Shown here: positions 10,285 through 19,868 of the stretch, in pieces
Position numbering within the stretch: the stretch's first letter is position 1
Layout of the letters: the number at the start of each line of letters is the position of its first letter
DNA from: a virus
Taxonomy: Duplodnaviria; Heunggongvirae; Uroviricota; Caudoviricetes
Reading direction: 5' to 3' (one strand)
IMG/VR virus record: IMGVR_UViG_2886169441_000004
DNA length: 39,683 nt
Notes under the pieces: generated by a model
The model's input: only the letters and a program-made list of their open reading frames with translations
What the model was told of the DNA's origin: nothing
Database searches by the model: none
Position numbers and translations under genes: made by a program

Positions 10285-10607
10285 TATGACCGGCTTTACA
10301 TGGCGATGGTATCTGTTATGCTATTACGTCCATGTATGCGCTTGTCCCGGAAGCATTCAGTATAGACATAATATACGGGCGTGTTAATCCTCGATTACGG
10401 TACTTGATTCCGTTATGTGAAAGATGTTCGACTGGTTCACAGCAATATATGGATGAACAACTGCGAACATGGAATTTCCAGGCCTCAGGTCATGTATTGT
10501 CGTATTAATGTCAGGATACAGGGTCTAACTCGCGATAATATAGCGGTGTTATTACAGACCGTTCAAAAGTATATAATGGCACTGGTATAATGTAGCGAGC
10601 GTTTAAT

Positions 10608-11114
10608 ATGATGCACTTAAAGAACATAAAGCGGTAAGCTAAAACATGAACAGTATGAGTTAACAAAGAAACACAGTATGGCTTTACTCAGGACGGAAAA
10701 AACTGGTATGAGGAAGAAAAATTTCAGCCAGACACATAAAATGTTACGATGAATAATATTATTGTCGCCATCACCAGAGATGCCTTCACGCTTAATCCCG
10801 AAGGTTTTAGCGTCGTCGAGGTTTCCGATATAACGGCCAATCGTCGGACCGATGATTCCGGTAAGTGGATGTTTAAGGACGGAGCTGTGGTTAAACGGAT
10901 TTATACGGCTGACGAACAGCAACAACAGGCCGAATCACAAAAGGCCGCATTGCTTTCCGAAGCTGAATCAGTCATCCAGCCGCTGGAACGCGCTGTCAGG
11001 CTGAATATGGCAACAGACGAGGAACGCACACGACCGGAAGCATGGGAACGCTACAGTGTTCTGGTCAACCGTGTGGATACGGCAAATCCTGAATGGCCAC
11101 AAAAGCCTGAATAA
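10608..11114 (+). pseudogene. tail fibre assembly protein (Tfa) copy with degenerate 5' end
   Basis: ORF 10749..11114 carries the Tfa core ([43 protein letters not shown]); the expected N-terminus at 10608 reads MMHLKNIKR then stops. Confidence 0.6.
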
Positions 11115-11142
11115 AAATTAAGGCCCGTTATCGGGCCTTGTC

Positions 11143-11674
11143 TCATTCAGGTTGTTCGGGAAATGTTACTGGCAGGCTGGAGGTGTCTGTGGATTCGACT
11201 TTCTGCGCATAGAGCATCCACTCGGTTAATTTTTGTTTATTCTCGTCGGAAATGATGCCCAGCCGTAGCTGTGAGTCCCATAGCTGAGTTTTATCCCTGA
11301 CAAGTTGCAACAGGCTCTGCTTTTCATTTTCCGCTTGTTGCCTCTGCTCTTCCTCGGTATAAGTTCGCTTTACCACTACGCCATCTTTGAACATCCATTT
11401 CCCCGAAATATCAGCCCGGCGATTTGCTGTAATATCAGGTAATTCAACGACGCTTGCGCCTTCCGGATTAATGCTGAAACATCCTTTTCCATACAAATAA
11501 TAACGCCGTTATGTCATAGACCATTTTCAAAGTGTCTGGCTGGAAATTCTTTTTTTCCTCATACCAGTTTTTTCCATCAGCTGAATAAAGCCATTTGATG
11601 TTAAATTGCTTTGTTAGCTGGTATTGCTCTTTTGTTTTAGGGTTGCCAGCAGTAATGTTTTTTAAGTGCATCAT
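11143..11674 (-). pseudogene. tail fibre assembly protein (Tfa) split by a frameshift
   Basis: N-terminal part ([40 protein letters not shown]) at 11468..11674 and the remainder ([31 protein letters not shown]) at 11143..11496 lie in different frames and overlap by 29 nt. Confidence 0.6.
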
Positions 11675-11676
11675 CG

Positions 11677-11952
11677 TTAAATACTCCCCGCGTTATACCA
11701 CGTCCCATTAATGCAATACTGAATTGGCCTTGCCTGTGTTGTATCAATTAATTCATCACGGTTTCCGTTAACTGAACCCGTAACGACATAACCTGACCTG
11801 TCAGACCAGCCGGGACCATTCCATGTCTGAACAGATGACAGACCGCCAAGGCGAATACCTGTAATAAACCTTGAGTTACATTCTGTCCGCGTATATGCAC
11901 CAACATCTCCCGCTGAAGGTTTTCTGTGTGGTGTAAAATCGACCACCTTCAA
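11677..11952 (-). CDS. tail-fibre distal (receptor-binding) C-terminal fragment, not in frame with H
   Basis: 91-aa ORF ([18 protein letters not shown]...[13 protein letters not shown]) resembles e14/lambdoid side-tail-fibre tips as I recall them; separated from H by a stop and about 170 bp of decayed sequence. Confidence 0.55.
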   Translation of the reverse strand: MKVVDFTPHRKPSAGDVGAYTRTECNSRFITGIRLGGLSSVQTWNGPGWSDRSGYVVTGSVNGNRDELIDTTQARPIQYCINGTWYNAGSI

Positions 11953-12119
11953 ACCATAACCATCACGGCGACGTAAAAATACCCCATTTTTATAATTAAC
12001 CGAATGACGCAGGACACTCCGTCTATATAAAATGAATAATTAACGGATGCACCACCAATATGCGTTATAGCTCCGCTATCCATTCCATCCAACTGTATCA
12101 CCAACGTCTTCCTGTTTTC

Positions 12120-13598
12120 CTAGGCAAAGCACAACATATTGCTTAATTGATATCGGAGAACCATCAAAACCACATGCATTTTCTGCGTTTTAATTTTGCA
12201 GTAGAGCATTGCCGGATAGTTCCCAGAAAGGCCACCGCTGAATGTTTGTCGATTAGTCCAGGTATTCGCTGTACTGAGTAACGGTATTTTCTCCCCGCTT
12301 GTGCCGAGTTCTCGTAAACCGAGGTATTCGATAACGGCAGCAACGGTCGATTTCGCAAGAATATCCCGCCCGACTTTTGTCAGGGTTGCCAGGCTGGCGA
12401 CATCATTCCCCGTAAAATACGGAAACTTGCCTGCCGCAGTAGTAAGTCCGGCCAGCGCCGTCAGGGTGGCATCTTTCGGTTGCTTACCCGCAAGCGCGTT
12501 AGTCATGGTGGTCGCAAAATTCGGGTCGTTGCCCAGCGCCGCAGCCAGCTCGTTCAGCGTGTTCAGTGCATCAGGTGACGAATCTACAAGGGCGGCAATC
12601 GCAGCCATAACGAAAGCCGTGCTTGCGATTTGGGTATTATTCGTTCCCTGTCGCGCAGTTGGTGTTGTTGGCGTTCCGGTCAGTGCAGGACTATTTAAGG
12701 GCGCTTTCTTGTTCGTTTCATCCATTACCGCCTTAACAGCTTTCGATGTCGCGGCCAGTGTTTCAGACGTGCTGTTGGTGGCACTACTGAGCTGGACTAT
12801 CCCTTTTTGTGCCGTCGTGGCGTCCTGAGCGGTATATTTTGCGTTAGCAAGGTCATACGCGGCCTTTACTGCTTTCGGCGTTGCAGCCTGCGTTTCAGAC
12901 GTGCTGTTGGTGGCGCTACTGAGCTGGACAAGGCCTTTTCGCGTCGTGCTGGCATCCTGCGCAGTATATTTACCGTTAGCAAGGTCATACGCGGCCTTTA
13001 CTGCTTTCGGCGTTGCAGCCTGCGTTTCAGACACGCTGTTAGTGGCGCTACTGAGTTGAACAAAGCCTTTTGCGGTCAGCGAGGCGTCCGGGTGACGTCG
13101 TGACTGTTCATGCTCTTTCAGTTTGTCATCCACGTAATCCACTGTGGCCATCACCATGGTGTTATCCACGGTAAGCACCACGGTGGCAGTGCTGGATACG
13201 GTCAGAATGGTGCGAAATGTTTGTGCACGACCGGACCCTTCGGCAACGGCTGGCTTGTAACTTTCGGCAGTATTGCCCACCGCGATTAAATCGCCGTGCT
13301 CATCAAATACACCAATTTCCCGGATCCAGAATCCGCCCGTTTCAGGAGGAATAACCAGCTCCGCAATAATGCGGTTCTGATGTGTTGCGTCCAGGATGAC
13401 GCGATTAACAGTATGTCGCCACACCTCATGCACCAGACGGGTCTGCTTACTGTCTGGTGTGGGCAACGTGCCGCCACCGTCGCCCACGGCCATATGAGTC
13501 AGGCGGACAGGCTTACCATCTGGCGCGGCTGCCTGAGCTAATTTTTTGGCACCCGTATCGGTGATAACGGTTTTAAATTTACGTGTTGTGGTACTCAT
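12120..13598 (-). CDS. H: tail fibre protein H (constant part intact, distal end decayed)
   Basis: N-terminal 300 aa resemble P2 gpH (MAVGDGGG, IIAELVIPPE, HEQSRRHPDASLTAKGF); contains about 2.5 tandem 44-aa repeats; the ORF ends in non-fibre sequence after the crossover site. Confidence 0.85.
   Translation of the reverse strand: MSTTTRKFKTVITDTGAKKLAQAAAPDGKPVRLTHMAVGDGGGTLPTPDSKQTRLVHEVWRHTVNRVILDATHQNRIIAELVIPPETGGFWIREIGVFDEHGDLIAVGNTAESYKPAVAEGSGRAQTFRTILTVSSTATVVLTVDNTMVMATVDYVDDKLKEHEQSRRHPDASLTAKGFVQLSSATNSVSETQAATPKAVKAAYDLANGKYTAQDASTTRKGLVQLSSATNSTSETQAATPKAVKAAYDLANAKYTAQDATTAQKGIVQLSSATNSTSETLAATSKAVKAVMDETNKKAPLNSPALTGTPTTPTARQGTNNTQIASTAFVMAAIAALVDSSPDALNTLNELAAALGNDPNFATTMTNALAGKQPKDATLTALAGLTTAAGKFPYFTGNDVASLATLTKVGRDILAKSTVAAVIEYLGLRELGTSGEKIPLLSTANTWTNRQTFSGGLSGNYPAMLYCKIKTQKMHVVLMVLRYQLSNMLCFA
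12309..12334. other. gix/hix-like 26-bp crossover site (TTCTCGTAAACCGAGGTATTCGATAA) inside the 3' part of H
   Basis: About 22 of 26 positions match gix; its reverse complement is near-identical to the site at 9767..9792. Confidence 0.6.
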
Positions 13599-13600
13599 GC

Positions 13601-14131
13601 TTAATCGTCCGGATAAATGGTAATGACTTCGCCGTCGTAAGTTGCTGCCGCCGCGAAAATATCTCCCTGAATCTCCTGAATGATATTCAGCCCTGTCATG
13701 TGGCGGCTGACCGGGCGGGCATCAGCAATCAACCGCTCCATTTCCAGATACATTTCCTCCGTCACGCCACTGTCCAGCGTGCCGACTTCAACGGTAAATG
13801 TTCCCGGTTCTCCGCCGAACTCCCACCACTCAGACACGCGAATGAGGTATCCCAGCGGCTCAATGGCCCGGCGCAGTGCGCTGATGGTCCCTTTGTGTCG
13901 GTGTATCAGCCATGCATCACGAATCACCTGTCGCTTTGTCTCTTCCGGCCAGTTGCGATCCCAGCGGTCAACGGAAAATGCCCAGGCGAGATAAGGCAGC
14001 AGATGCACCGGGCAGGTGTCCGGTGACCACAGCGTGTTGAGGTCTACCGGGATGTCTGTAATGCGCGCTCCGACAGCTTCGGCGCAACGCATGAAATTGC
14101 TGGCTGATGGCGGTAACAGTGAATTACTCAT
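13601..14131 (-). CDS. I: baseplate/tail protein I
   Basis: Similar to P2 gpI (LLPYLAWAFSVDRWD, PVSRH); start placed at ATG 14131 (MSNSLLPP), overlapping the J stop. Confidence 0.85.
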   Translation of the reverse strand: MSNSLLPPSASNFMRCAEAVGARITDIPVDLNTLWSPDTCPVHLLPYLAWAFSVDRWDRNWPEETKRQVIRDAWLIHRHKGTISALRRAIEPLGYLIRVSEWWEFGGEPGTFTVEVGTLDSGVTEEMYLEMERLIADARPVSRHMTGLNIIQEIQGDIFAAAATYDGEVITIYPDD

Positions 14132-15020
14132 TACGCCCACCTTCGCTGATGGTGAATGACTCACAGCGCGCCGCCTGTATGTCGCTGATGGCCATATTCT
14201 GTGTGGGTTCGATTATCTCCACGCGTTGCACGCCGTGCACATGAAGTGCGGCAGCAATGGCTGACAACGCCACGTCCTGACCAATAAGCCCCTGCTCAGC
14301 CAGCCACTTCCTGAACGACGATTCAGCCGCAGCCAGAATAGGTTCGGATTCCGGGCCGGGGTAAAAGTACAGTTTTGCATTCAGCCGCCATGTCACGATG
14401 CTGGCGCTCTGTACGGTCAGTCGGTCGGCCACCGGGCGGGTATCCTCTGCATTCAGAACGGCGCGAACGGTATTAAGCAACGCCTCCGTTGCTGTGCCGT
14501 CGCCTTCAGTGGACAGAATGGAAACCGTCACACAGGCCGGAGACGGGCTGATGGCCCGCGCATCACGCACCAGACCGCTGGCGCTGCGTGCAAAATACTC
14601 GTATGCACCTGACGGGCCAGCAACACTCAGGCCGTCATACGCCCGCTGCGCCCGCAGTCTCAGCGAGGTGTCGCTCTCCATCACCGCGTCGGTGGTATCC
14701 GTTGCCGGAGTGATAACCAGGCGCTTTGTGTTCATATTGCCCGCGAGGTTGTCCAGGTTTGTCCCTGAACCGTGGCTTAACATGCAGGCGCGTGCGCCCT
14801 CGTTAACCCGCTGGCGTAACAGCATTTCACGAAACGACATGGTTTGAGCGATAACGTTCAGGGGTTCTGATTCCAGCTCCAGCGCGGCGGAGACGGCTTC
14901 ACGCTGTTCGGCAGGATAGGACGCAATCATCATGGCCTTTGTGTCAGCCAGAATTGCCTCAAAATCAGGCTCCGCGATGATGGCGGGTTCCGGTAACTGG
15001 GAAAGATCAACAGCAGGCAT
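14124..15020 (-). CDS. J: baseplate assembly protein J
   Basis: 298 aa; similar to P2 gpJ from the N-terminus (MPAVDLSQLPEP) through the TVQSA and HVHGVQRVE blocks. Confidence 0.9.
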   Translation of the reverse strand: MPAVDLSQLPEPAIIAEPDFEAILADTKAMMIASYPAEQREAVSAALELESEPLNVIAQTMSFREMLLRQRVNEGARACMLSHGSGTNLDNLAGNMNTKRLVITPATDTTDAVMESDTSLRLRAQRAYDGLSVAGPSGAYEYFARSASGLVRDARAISPSPACVTVSILSTEGDGTATEALLNTVRAVLNAEDTRPVADRLTVQSASIVTWRLNAKLYFYPGPESEPILAAAESSFRKWLAEQGLIGQDVALSAIAAALHVHGVQRVEIIEPTQNMAISDIQAARCESFTISEGGRNE

Positions 15021-15023
15021 GAT

Positions 15024-15374
15024 TTACTCTCTCAGCGTGATGGTTAATTCAACATTCTGCATGGTCTGCATGACAGTGCCCGACAGCGTCACCCCGGCGC
15101 GGCCTCCTGCCTTCCAGACAACGTCGATGGCGTCCAGGGCAATGCGGGGTTCCCATCGTGTCAGCGCAATCACGGCAGCACTCATGCATTGCAGACGCGT
15201 GGTGTTATTCATGGGTTCGTCAATCAAATCAGGCACAAGGCTGCCATATTCCCGTCGCATAACCCGGCTTGCCAGCGGGGTGATCAGGATGTCCCTGACT
15301 GACTGTTTCAGGTGCTCCATATCGTTCAGGTTTCCCGTCCCGTCCGGGTTCATTCCTGTGTAGCGGGTTGTCAC
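15024..15374 (-). CDS. W: baseplate protein W (gp25-like)
   Basis: 116 aa; conserved ILITPLASRVMRREYGS and AAVIALTRWEPR blocks; start overlaps the V stop. Confidence 0.87.
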   Translation of the reverse strand: MTTRYTGMNPDGTGNLNDMEHLKQSVRDILITPLASRVMRREYGSLVPDLIDEPMNNTTRLQCMSAAVIALTRWEPRIALDAIDVVWKAGGRAGVTLSGTVMQTMQNVELTITLRE

Positions 15375-15952
15375 TGCGGGCCTCCTGTCGAATCGCTGCC
15401 ACCTTTAACGCCACCGTGCTTATGCGTATGCACGGTAATGCCGTTTGAGGTGAAATTGCCGCCGCTGTGCGTGATATTGCCGCTCATCTTTCCCTCTTTT
15501 GTGACGTCAAGCGTCGCCGTTCTCAGAAGGTTTGTGCATTCCACGACGGGCGTATCCAGTGTCACGCTGACGGATGCCTGCAGGGTGGCTGTTTTCATGC
15601 CGCTGGCGCTCAGTGCGCCAGCGTCTGCGTCGTAGCGGAACACCGCGCCATCCGGCGCGCTGACCACGATTTCTTTCAGGCTTTTGCCGGGGGCCGGACT
15701 GGCATCACTCCACAGGCTGCCAATTATCATGGCGGTTTCCGGGTTGCCGCCAATGCAGGCAATTACCACCTGTTCGCCTGGTGATGGCGGCAGCCACACA
15801 TTGAAGGCTCCCGCGCGCGTGGTGTTCCAGCGCAACCAGCCTGTTTCCAGTTCGCCGCTGCGAACGCGCACGCGCCAGGACTTCTCATCAACTTCAGAGA
15901 TGATCCCGGTGCGGATGATGTTGCTCAGCAGTCGCATGAGTTCTGCGCTCAC
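15371..15952 (-). CDS. V: baseplate spike protein V
   Basis: 193 aa; position and sequence fit P2 gpV; start overlaps the S stop. Confidence 0.87.
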   Translation of the reverse strand: MSAELMRLLSNIIRTGIISEVDEKSWRVRVRSGELETGWLRWNTTRAGAFNVWLPPSPGEQVVIACIGGNPETAMIIGSLWSDASPAPGKSLKEIVVSAPDGAVFRYDADAGALSASGMKTATLQASVSVTLDTPVVECTNLLRTATLDVTKEGKMSGNITHSGGNFTSNGITVHTHKHGGVKGGSDSTGGPQ

Positions 15953-16593
15953 CGTACAGCCTCCGCAATCCGGCCCAGCACCGTGTTATAAATCAGGCGC
16001 TCATCTGCCTGGCTGATACCCAACAGCTCACGTACCGGGTAATCGGTGAAAATGCCCGGCGCAACCTGATCGCGCTCACCGAACTGATGAACGCGTGCAA
16101 TACGTGCGGCCACGCCGCTGTAACCCACCGTCACACCGGAGGCATCTGCACGGGCTTTCAGGTAGCGGGCGGTGCGCAGTTTTACGAACATGGGGACGCG
16201 CTTTGTGCTGTCCTGGTTGATGCGCCGGGTGCGTATTTCCAGAAAACGGTCGATGTCATCCCGGTAAAACGTGCGGATATTGTTTTTATCCTCATCCCAC
16301 CCGGTAATGGTTCGCCCGTATTTCCCTGTGTCGTGATGCCAGTTTTTCAGCGTGCGTGCTTCGTTATTCCAGATAAAGCGAATGCGCTCCTGTATCCGGG
16401 TTACGCGGCGTCTGCGTGGTGTCCATTCGGTCCCGTCCGGCGCTTTTTGTGACCGGATACGTGCCTGCTGGGCGCGACGTAAATCCTGTGCCAGCTTTCT
16501 GGCGATGTTATTGATGGCCTGCTGATTCAGGCTGTCGCGGATAGCCTCAAAGGTTTCATCCACGCGGGTGAATGCCTTATCCATCGCTTTCAC
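15949..16593 (-). CDS. S: tail completion / virion morphogenesis protein S
   Basis: 214 aa between R and V; assigned by position and recalled similarity to P2 gpS. Confidence 0.82.
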   Translation of the reverse strand: MKAMDKAFTRVDETFEAIRDSLNQQAINNIARKLAQDLRRAQQARIRSQKAPDGTEWTPRRRRVTRIQERIRFIWNNEARTLKNWHHDTGKYGRTITGWDEDKNNIRTFYRDDIDRFLEIRTRRINQDSTKRVPMFVKLRTARYLKARADASGVTVGYSGVAARIARVHQFGERDQVAPGIFTDYPVRELLGISQADERLIYNTVLGRIAEAVR

Positions 16594-17044
16594 CCCACGT
16601 CACATCCTGGAATACATGCGACCAGTCGCCTTCGGAAGAAGGCAGACGGGGTTTTGGCTCCGGCAGGTGTTCTGCCTGCGGTGTGCCCTGACTGTTGCGC
16701 GTGATGCGAACGCGTTCCCGCAGGGGGAGCGTAAACAGGAGATCGGCGCTGTCATCGTCATTGATAACGGCAGAAAATTTGATGTCCTGATTACGCTCCG
16801 GATTGAGCAACAACTGTGGCTGATTTTCGGATAACCACGCCAGCAGCGGCAGCGTGAGGTCGTCCAGCTCTCCGGCGTAATCCATGACAAACATCACCAT
16901 CTGATAGCGGTAAACAAACGAGGGCGCTTCTCCGGTCGTTTCAATGTTGCCGCTCTCCACGAAAATGGTGAATTTCTCGGGATTAGCCTGGCACCACCGA
17001 CACCCATGAAGCATGGACTCTCGCAGACTGTTTGTCTTAAGCAT
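16577..17044 (-). CDS. R: tail completion protein R
   Basis: 155 aa upstream of S; assigned by position and recalled similarity to P2 gpR. Confidence 0.8.
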   Translation of the reverse strand: MLKTNSLRESMLHGCRWCQANPEKFTIFVESGNIETTGEAPSFVYRYQMVMFVMDYAGELDDLTLPLLAWLSENQPQLLLNPERNQDIKFSAVINDDDSADLLFTLPLRERVRITRNSQGTPQAEHLPEPKPRLPSSEGDWSHVFQDVTWGESDG

Positions 17045-17067
17045 CTGTTTTGCTCTCCTGCTCTTCC

Positions 17068-18945
17068 TTATGCTGCGGGATTATTGATTTCCAGCACCAG
17101 GCTGCCGATATCGACGCCGTACGCGGCATTTTTAGTGATATCAGTTAACGTCAGCGCATTCAGCCCCAGTGTCAGACTGTCTTTTATGACCTGGAATGCC
17201 GGGCCAGCCACTCCATTCAGTTTCGGAGTAACCGTGGCACTGCCGGCGGTGAACACCAGCTCCAGCGTCTGCCAGTCGTTACTGTAATTCCCGAACTCGC
17301 CCAACTTTGTGTTTCCTGCTTTCTTGTGATGCATCAGATTCAGTTTGCCGTCTGTGGTCTGGGTGAAGAACGACATCAGGAACGGGTTACCAGTCCCGGT
17401 CATCGCCACGACGTCAGGTAACGCTACATCGGTATACAGATAAATTCCCAGACCGAACTGATTGTTGGTCAGTGCGCCTGACAGTCGAAACTTACAGCTC
17501 AGTCTGCCACCCCGTGTCAGCAGGGAGACTGCGTCATCCACCGGGCGCGTCAGGGACCAGGCTTTATTGCTCTGCTTGGTGATCTTAAATACACCCTCTG
17601 ACAACTGAATTCCGCCATTCTTAATGCTCCAGCCCTGCGCAGCAGCATCTCCGGCTGTCGGCAACAGGGAGATTGTGCGTACGGATGCATCTTCAGACGG
17701 CCCCGATGGCGTGTCGCCGCCGGGCGAGGGTTTGATTTCCGGTGCCTTACCACTGATGAAGGCTAAGGTGCGACCGGCTACGTTCAGAATAGCGGTTGCC
17801 ATACGATCGGGAATAATGCCACGACGCGCCCATGAGCTGAAATGCGTCTGGCGATTTGATGATACCCAGTTTTTGTTCGTTCGGGATGCCGAACCGTAAT
17901 ATCCCTCACTTGCAGCATCCGGATCTTCCGTTGGTGCGTTGGTGGAGGTATTGTTGCCACTACCATCGGTCAGGAACGGCACAAAGAAAACGTTGTCGCT
18001 CTCCCTGTTTTTGTACGCCCCGTAAATGGTGTCGTACTGCGTGCCGTAGGTGTTTTTCCAGTAATACGTCGTGTCACCACAAATCCATGGCACACTTGCC
18101 GCTCTGCCTCCATGACACTGCGTGTTAAACTCGGTAATGTCCGCACGAAACTGTTTCAGCATGGCCGTAAACAGCGGAGGTTGCTGTGAGTACGTAGCGG
18201 CGCTCATGTCAAATTCGCCCTGCATCCAGCATACGGCCAGCAGCATGTTTTTTGGGTTTTTCTGCAATGCGGCCTTCGTGCGCAAAATCAGGTCCTGATA
18301 TAAAGGTTTACCCACACCCCAGCGAGCCGAATCCTGACTGGCTCCTGTGGACTCGCTGAATGTCCCCTCCGCGCCCTGGGTGAATGCCGAACCACCACGA
18401 CAGCATGGAACCAGTAAAATCCCGGCATTCTGTGGAATGTAAGGCAACAGGCGTTTGGCAATATGCAAGCCCTGTCCGACACAGCCATACTGCCCTTTGC
18501 TCAGGTCTGCATTCGGGTGATTCAGTGCGCTCATATCCTGAACATCATGCAGGCAGTGGTCTGCCGGAATGATGTCGTTAAATGCGCATGCTTTACCACC
18601 GGGAGTCACTGTGTTGCGACGGGCCAGTTGCTTAATGCGTGGGTGGGGCGCATCGTAAGAATCCGGCAGCGGCATTCCCTCACCATATGACATGGCATTG
18701 GATTGACCAGCAAGTACCACCACGTAATACCACTCCGGCACGCTGCCGTGCTGGGGGGAATCAGGTGAGATGTCTGTAGTGCCATCGGCCACCATTGCCT
18801 GCATTAGATACCACGGGGTGCCGGGTTCGTAGGCAACCCGCGTCTCCCCCTGAAGATGCCACCCTTTCGCAAGATGTTCATTCACCTTTTGAGTCAGTTC
18901 AGCCTGTGTCATGGCTGTAATCAGTGCAAAGTTCTTACTGGTCAT
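17068..18945 (-). CDS. nanS: NanS-p-like sialate O-acetylesterase moron (N-terminal DUF1737-like region, SGNH/SASA esterase core, C-terminal lectin-like region)
   Basis: 625 aa; SGNH block I motif GQSNAMSYGEG; size and architecture fit prophage NanS-p esterases of E. coli; not part of the canonical P2 gene set. Confidence 0.78.
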   Translation of the reverse strand: MTSKNFALITAMTQAELTQKVNEHLAKGWHLQGETRVAYEPGTPWYLMQAMVADGTTDISPDSPQHGSVPEWYYVVVLAGQSNAMSYGEGMPLPDSYDAPHPRIKQLARRNTVTPGGKACAFNDIIPADHCLHDVQDMSALNHPNADLSKGQYGCVGQGLHIAKRLLPYIPQNAGILLVPCCRGGSAFTQGAEGTFSESTGASQDSARWGVGKPLYQDLILRTKAALQKNPKNMLLAVCWMQGEFDMSAATYSQQPPLFTAMLKQFRADITEFNTQCHGGRAASVPWICGDTTYYWKNTYGTQYDTIYGAYKNRESDNVFFVPFLTDGSGNNTSTNAPTEDPDAASEGYYGSASRTNKNWVSSNRQTHFSSWARRGIIPDRMATAILNVAGRTLAFISGKAPEIKPSPGGDTPSGPSEDASVRTISLLPTAGDAAAQGWSIKNGGIQLSEGVFKITKQSNKAWSLTRPVDDAVSLLTRGGRLSCKFRLSGALTNNQFGLGIYLYTDVALPDVVAMTGTGNPFLMSFFTQTTDGKLNLMHHKKAGNTKLGEFGNYSNDWQTLELVFTAGSATVTPKLNGVAGPAFQVIKDSLTLGLNALTLTDITKNAAYGVDIGSLVLEINNPAA

Positions 18946-19223
18946 TGTGTTACTCCCGTCTGGTGTGTCAGTTCGGCTATTCTCTTATCCAGTTCAGCAA
19001 TGGCCCGTTTATCCGCGTTACAGGTTTCCAGTGCATCCAGAAGGCGGTCGCCCCATATTCCGAGGTTTCCCCATGTGGGTGGGTCAGGGAAGGGGGGAGG
19101 CGTTACCGGCATGGTCAGCGTCTGCGGTATAAGCCGGACTGACGGCGCTGGCCCTGGCGCGTTCTGCGTGCCTGCGCAACCTGTCAGTAAAACGAGCGTC
19201 AGGCAAAGCGTGGGCGCATTCAT
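18942..19223 (-). CDS. lysC: outer-membrane spanin lipoprotein (LysC/Rz1-like)
   Basis: Starts MNAPTLCLTLVLLTGCAG with a lipobox; Pro-rich; overlaps the 3' end of the LysB-like gene in another frame. Confidence 0.6.
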   Translation of the reverse strand: MNAPTLCLTLVLLTGCAGTQNAPGPAPSVRLIPQTLTMPVTPPPFPDPPTWGNLGIWGDRLLDALETCNADKRAIAELDKRIAELTHQTGVTQ

Positions 19224-19479
19224 CTTTTGCAATATCGTTGCGTAGCTGTTCACGTCTTACCTCTCCGTCCTGATTGCGTTGCTGATTTTCCGCGCGGAGC
19301 TGAGCCAGCACCTGCTGCATATCCTGTACCCCGGCGCTGATGATATTCAGTGTGTCGACGGTACTTTTCAGGGTGCTGGCCTGCGCTTCGTTTCTGGCGT
19401 TCTCCCGGCCCAGCGACCACGACAGACGCATGGATGTAATCAGAAGGAAAGCGACGCCAAGCGTGGGCCAGAGCTTCAT
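19084..19479 (-). CDS. lysB: inner-membrane spanin (LysB/Rz-like)
   Basis: Start placed at the internal ATG (MKLWPTLGVAFLLITS), giving an N-terminal TM helix followed by a coiled-coil-like region; sits right after the endolysin. Confidence 0.6.
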   Translation of the reverse strand: MKLWPTLGVAFLLITSMRLSWSLGRENARNEAQASTLKSTVDTLNIISAGVQDMQQVLAQLRAENQQRNQDGEVRREQLRNDIAKDECAHALPDARFTDRLRRHAERARASAVSPAYTADADHAGNASPLP

Positions 19480-19868
19480 GCCGGATAGGCTCCGTGTGGT
19501 AACTGAAAATGCGGTCCGTCTTTCAGGGTCTTCCAGTCGCCGCCCCATTCCACCGGAATATTCAGTTCCTGGCTGGCCTGTCTGAATGCTGCTGCGATTT
19601 TTTCGTACAGCGGCCATTCCCATGACACCTGGTTGCCGACATAAGCCACAACATCCACGGCATGCCCTGTGAGATGGCGACTGTTCATGGTCTGGCTCTT
19701 GCCTGTGGTCACGAGCTGCTTCTGACGATAACGACTGCGCAATCCTTCGGTGATACCAAAATCCACTTCCGAGATTTCCAGCGCCCGTCGGGTCACTTTC
19801 ACCAGATCAGGATTTACACCCTGCAAATTCTTTTCGCTCCGGCTGCTGAATTTAAATGTGTTGCTCAT
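19476..19868 (-). CDS. endolysin, peptidase M15-type (zinc L-Ala-D-Glu peptidase-like)
   Basis: 130 aa with an HLTGHAVDV zinc-binding pattern; lies between holin and spanins; differs from the P2 K lysozyme type. Confidence 0.78.
   Translation of the reverse strand: MSNTFKFSSRSEKNLQGVNPDLVKVTRRALEISEVDFGITEGLRSRYRQKQLVTTGKSQTMNSRHLTGHAVDVVAYVGNQVSWEWPLYEKIAAAFRQASQELNIPVEWGGDWKTLKDGPHFQLPHGAYPA

Larger units (their letters stand above)
9767..12334. other. invertible tail-fibre host-range segment bounded by inverted gix-like sites
   Basis: Long imperfect inverted repeats (about 9778..10215 versus 12310..11880) with alternative fibre C-termini and tfa genes in opposite orientations, next to the invertase. 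Confidence 0.7.

Noticed and set aside
12301-13103. Plus-strand ORFs with internally repeated peptide, and possible CRISPR-like repeats
   Set aside because: Antisense reading of the 132-bp tandem repeats in tail fibre gene H; repeats are contiguous and coding, with no spacers.
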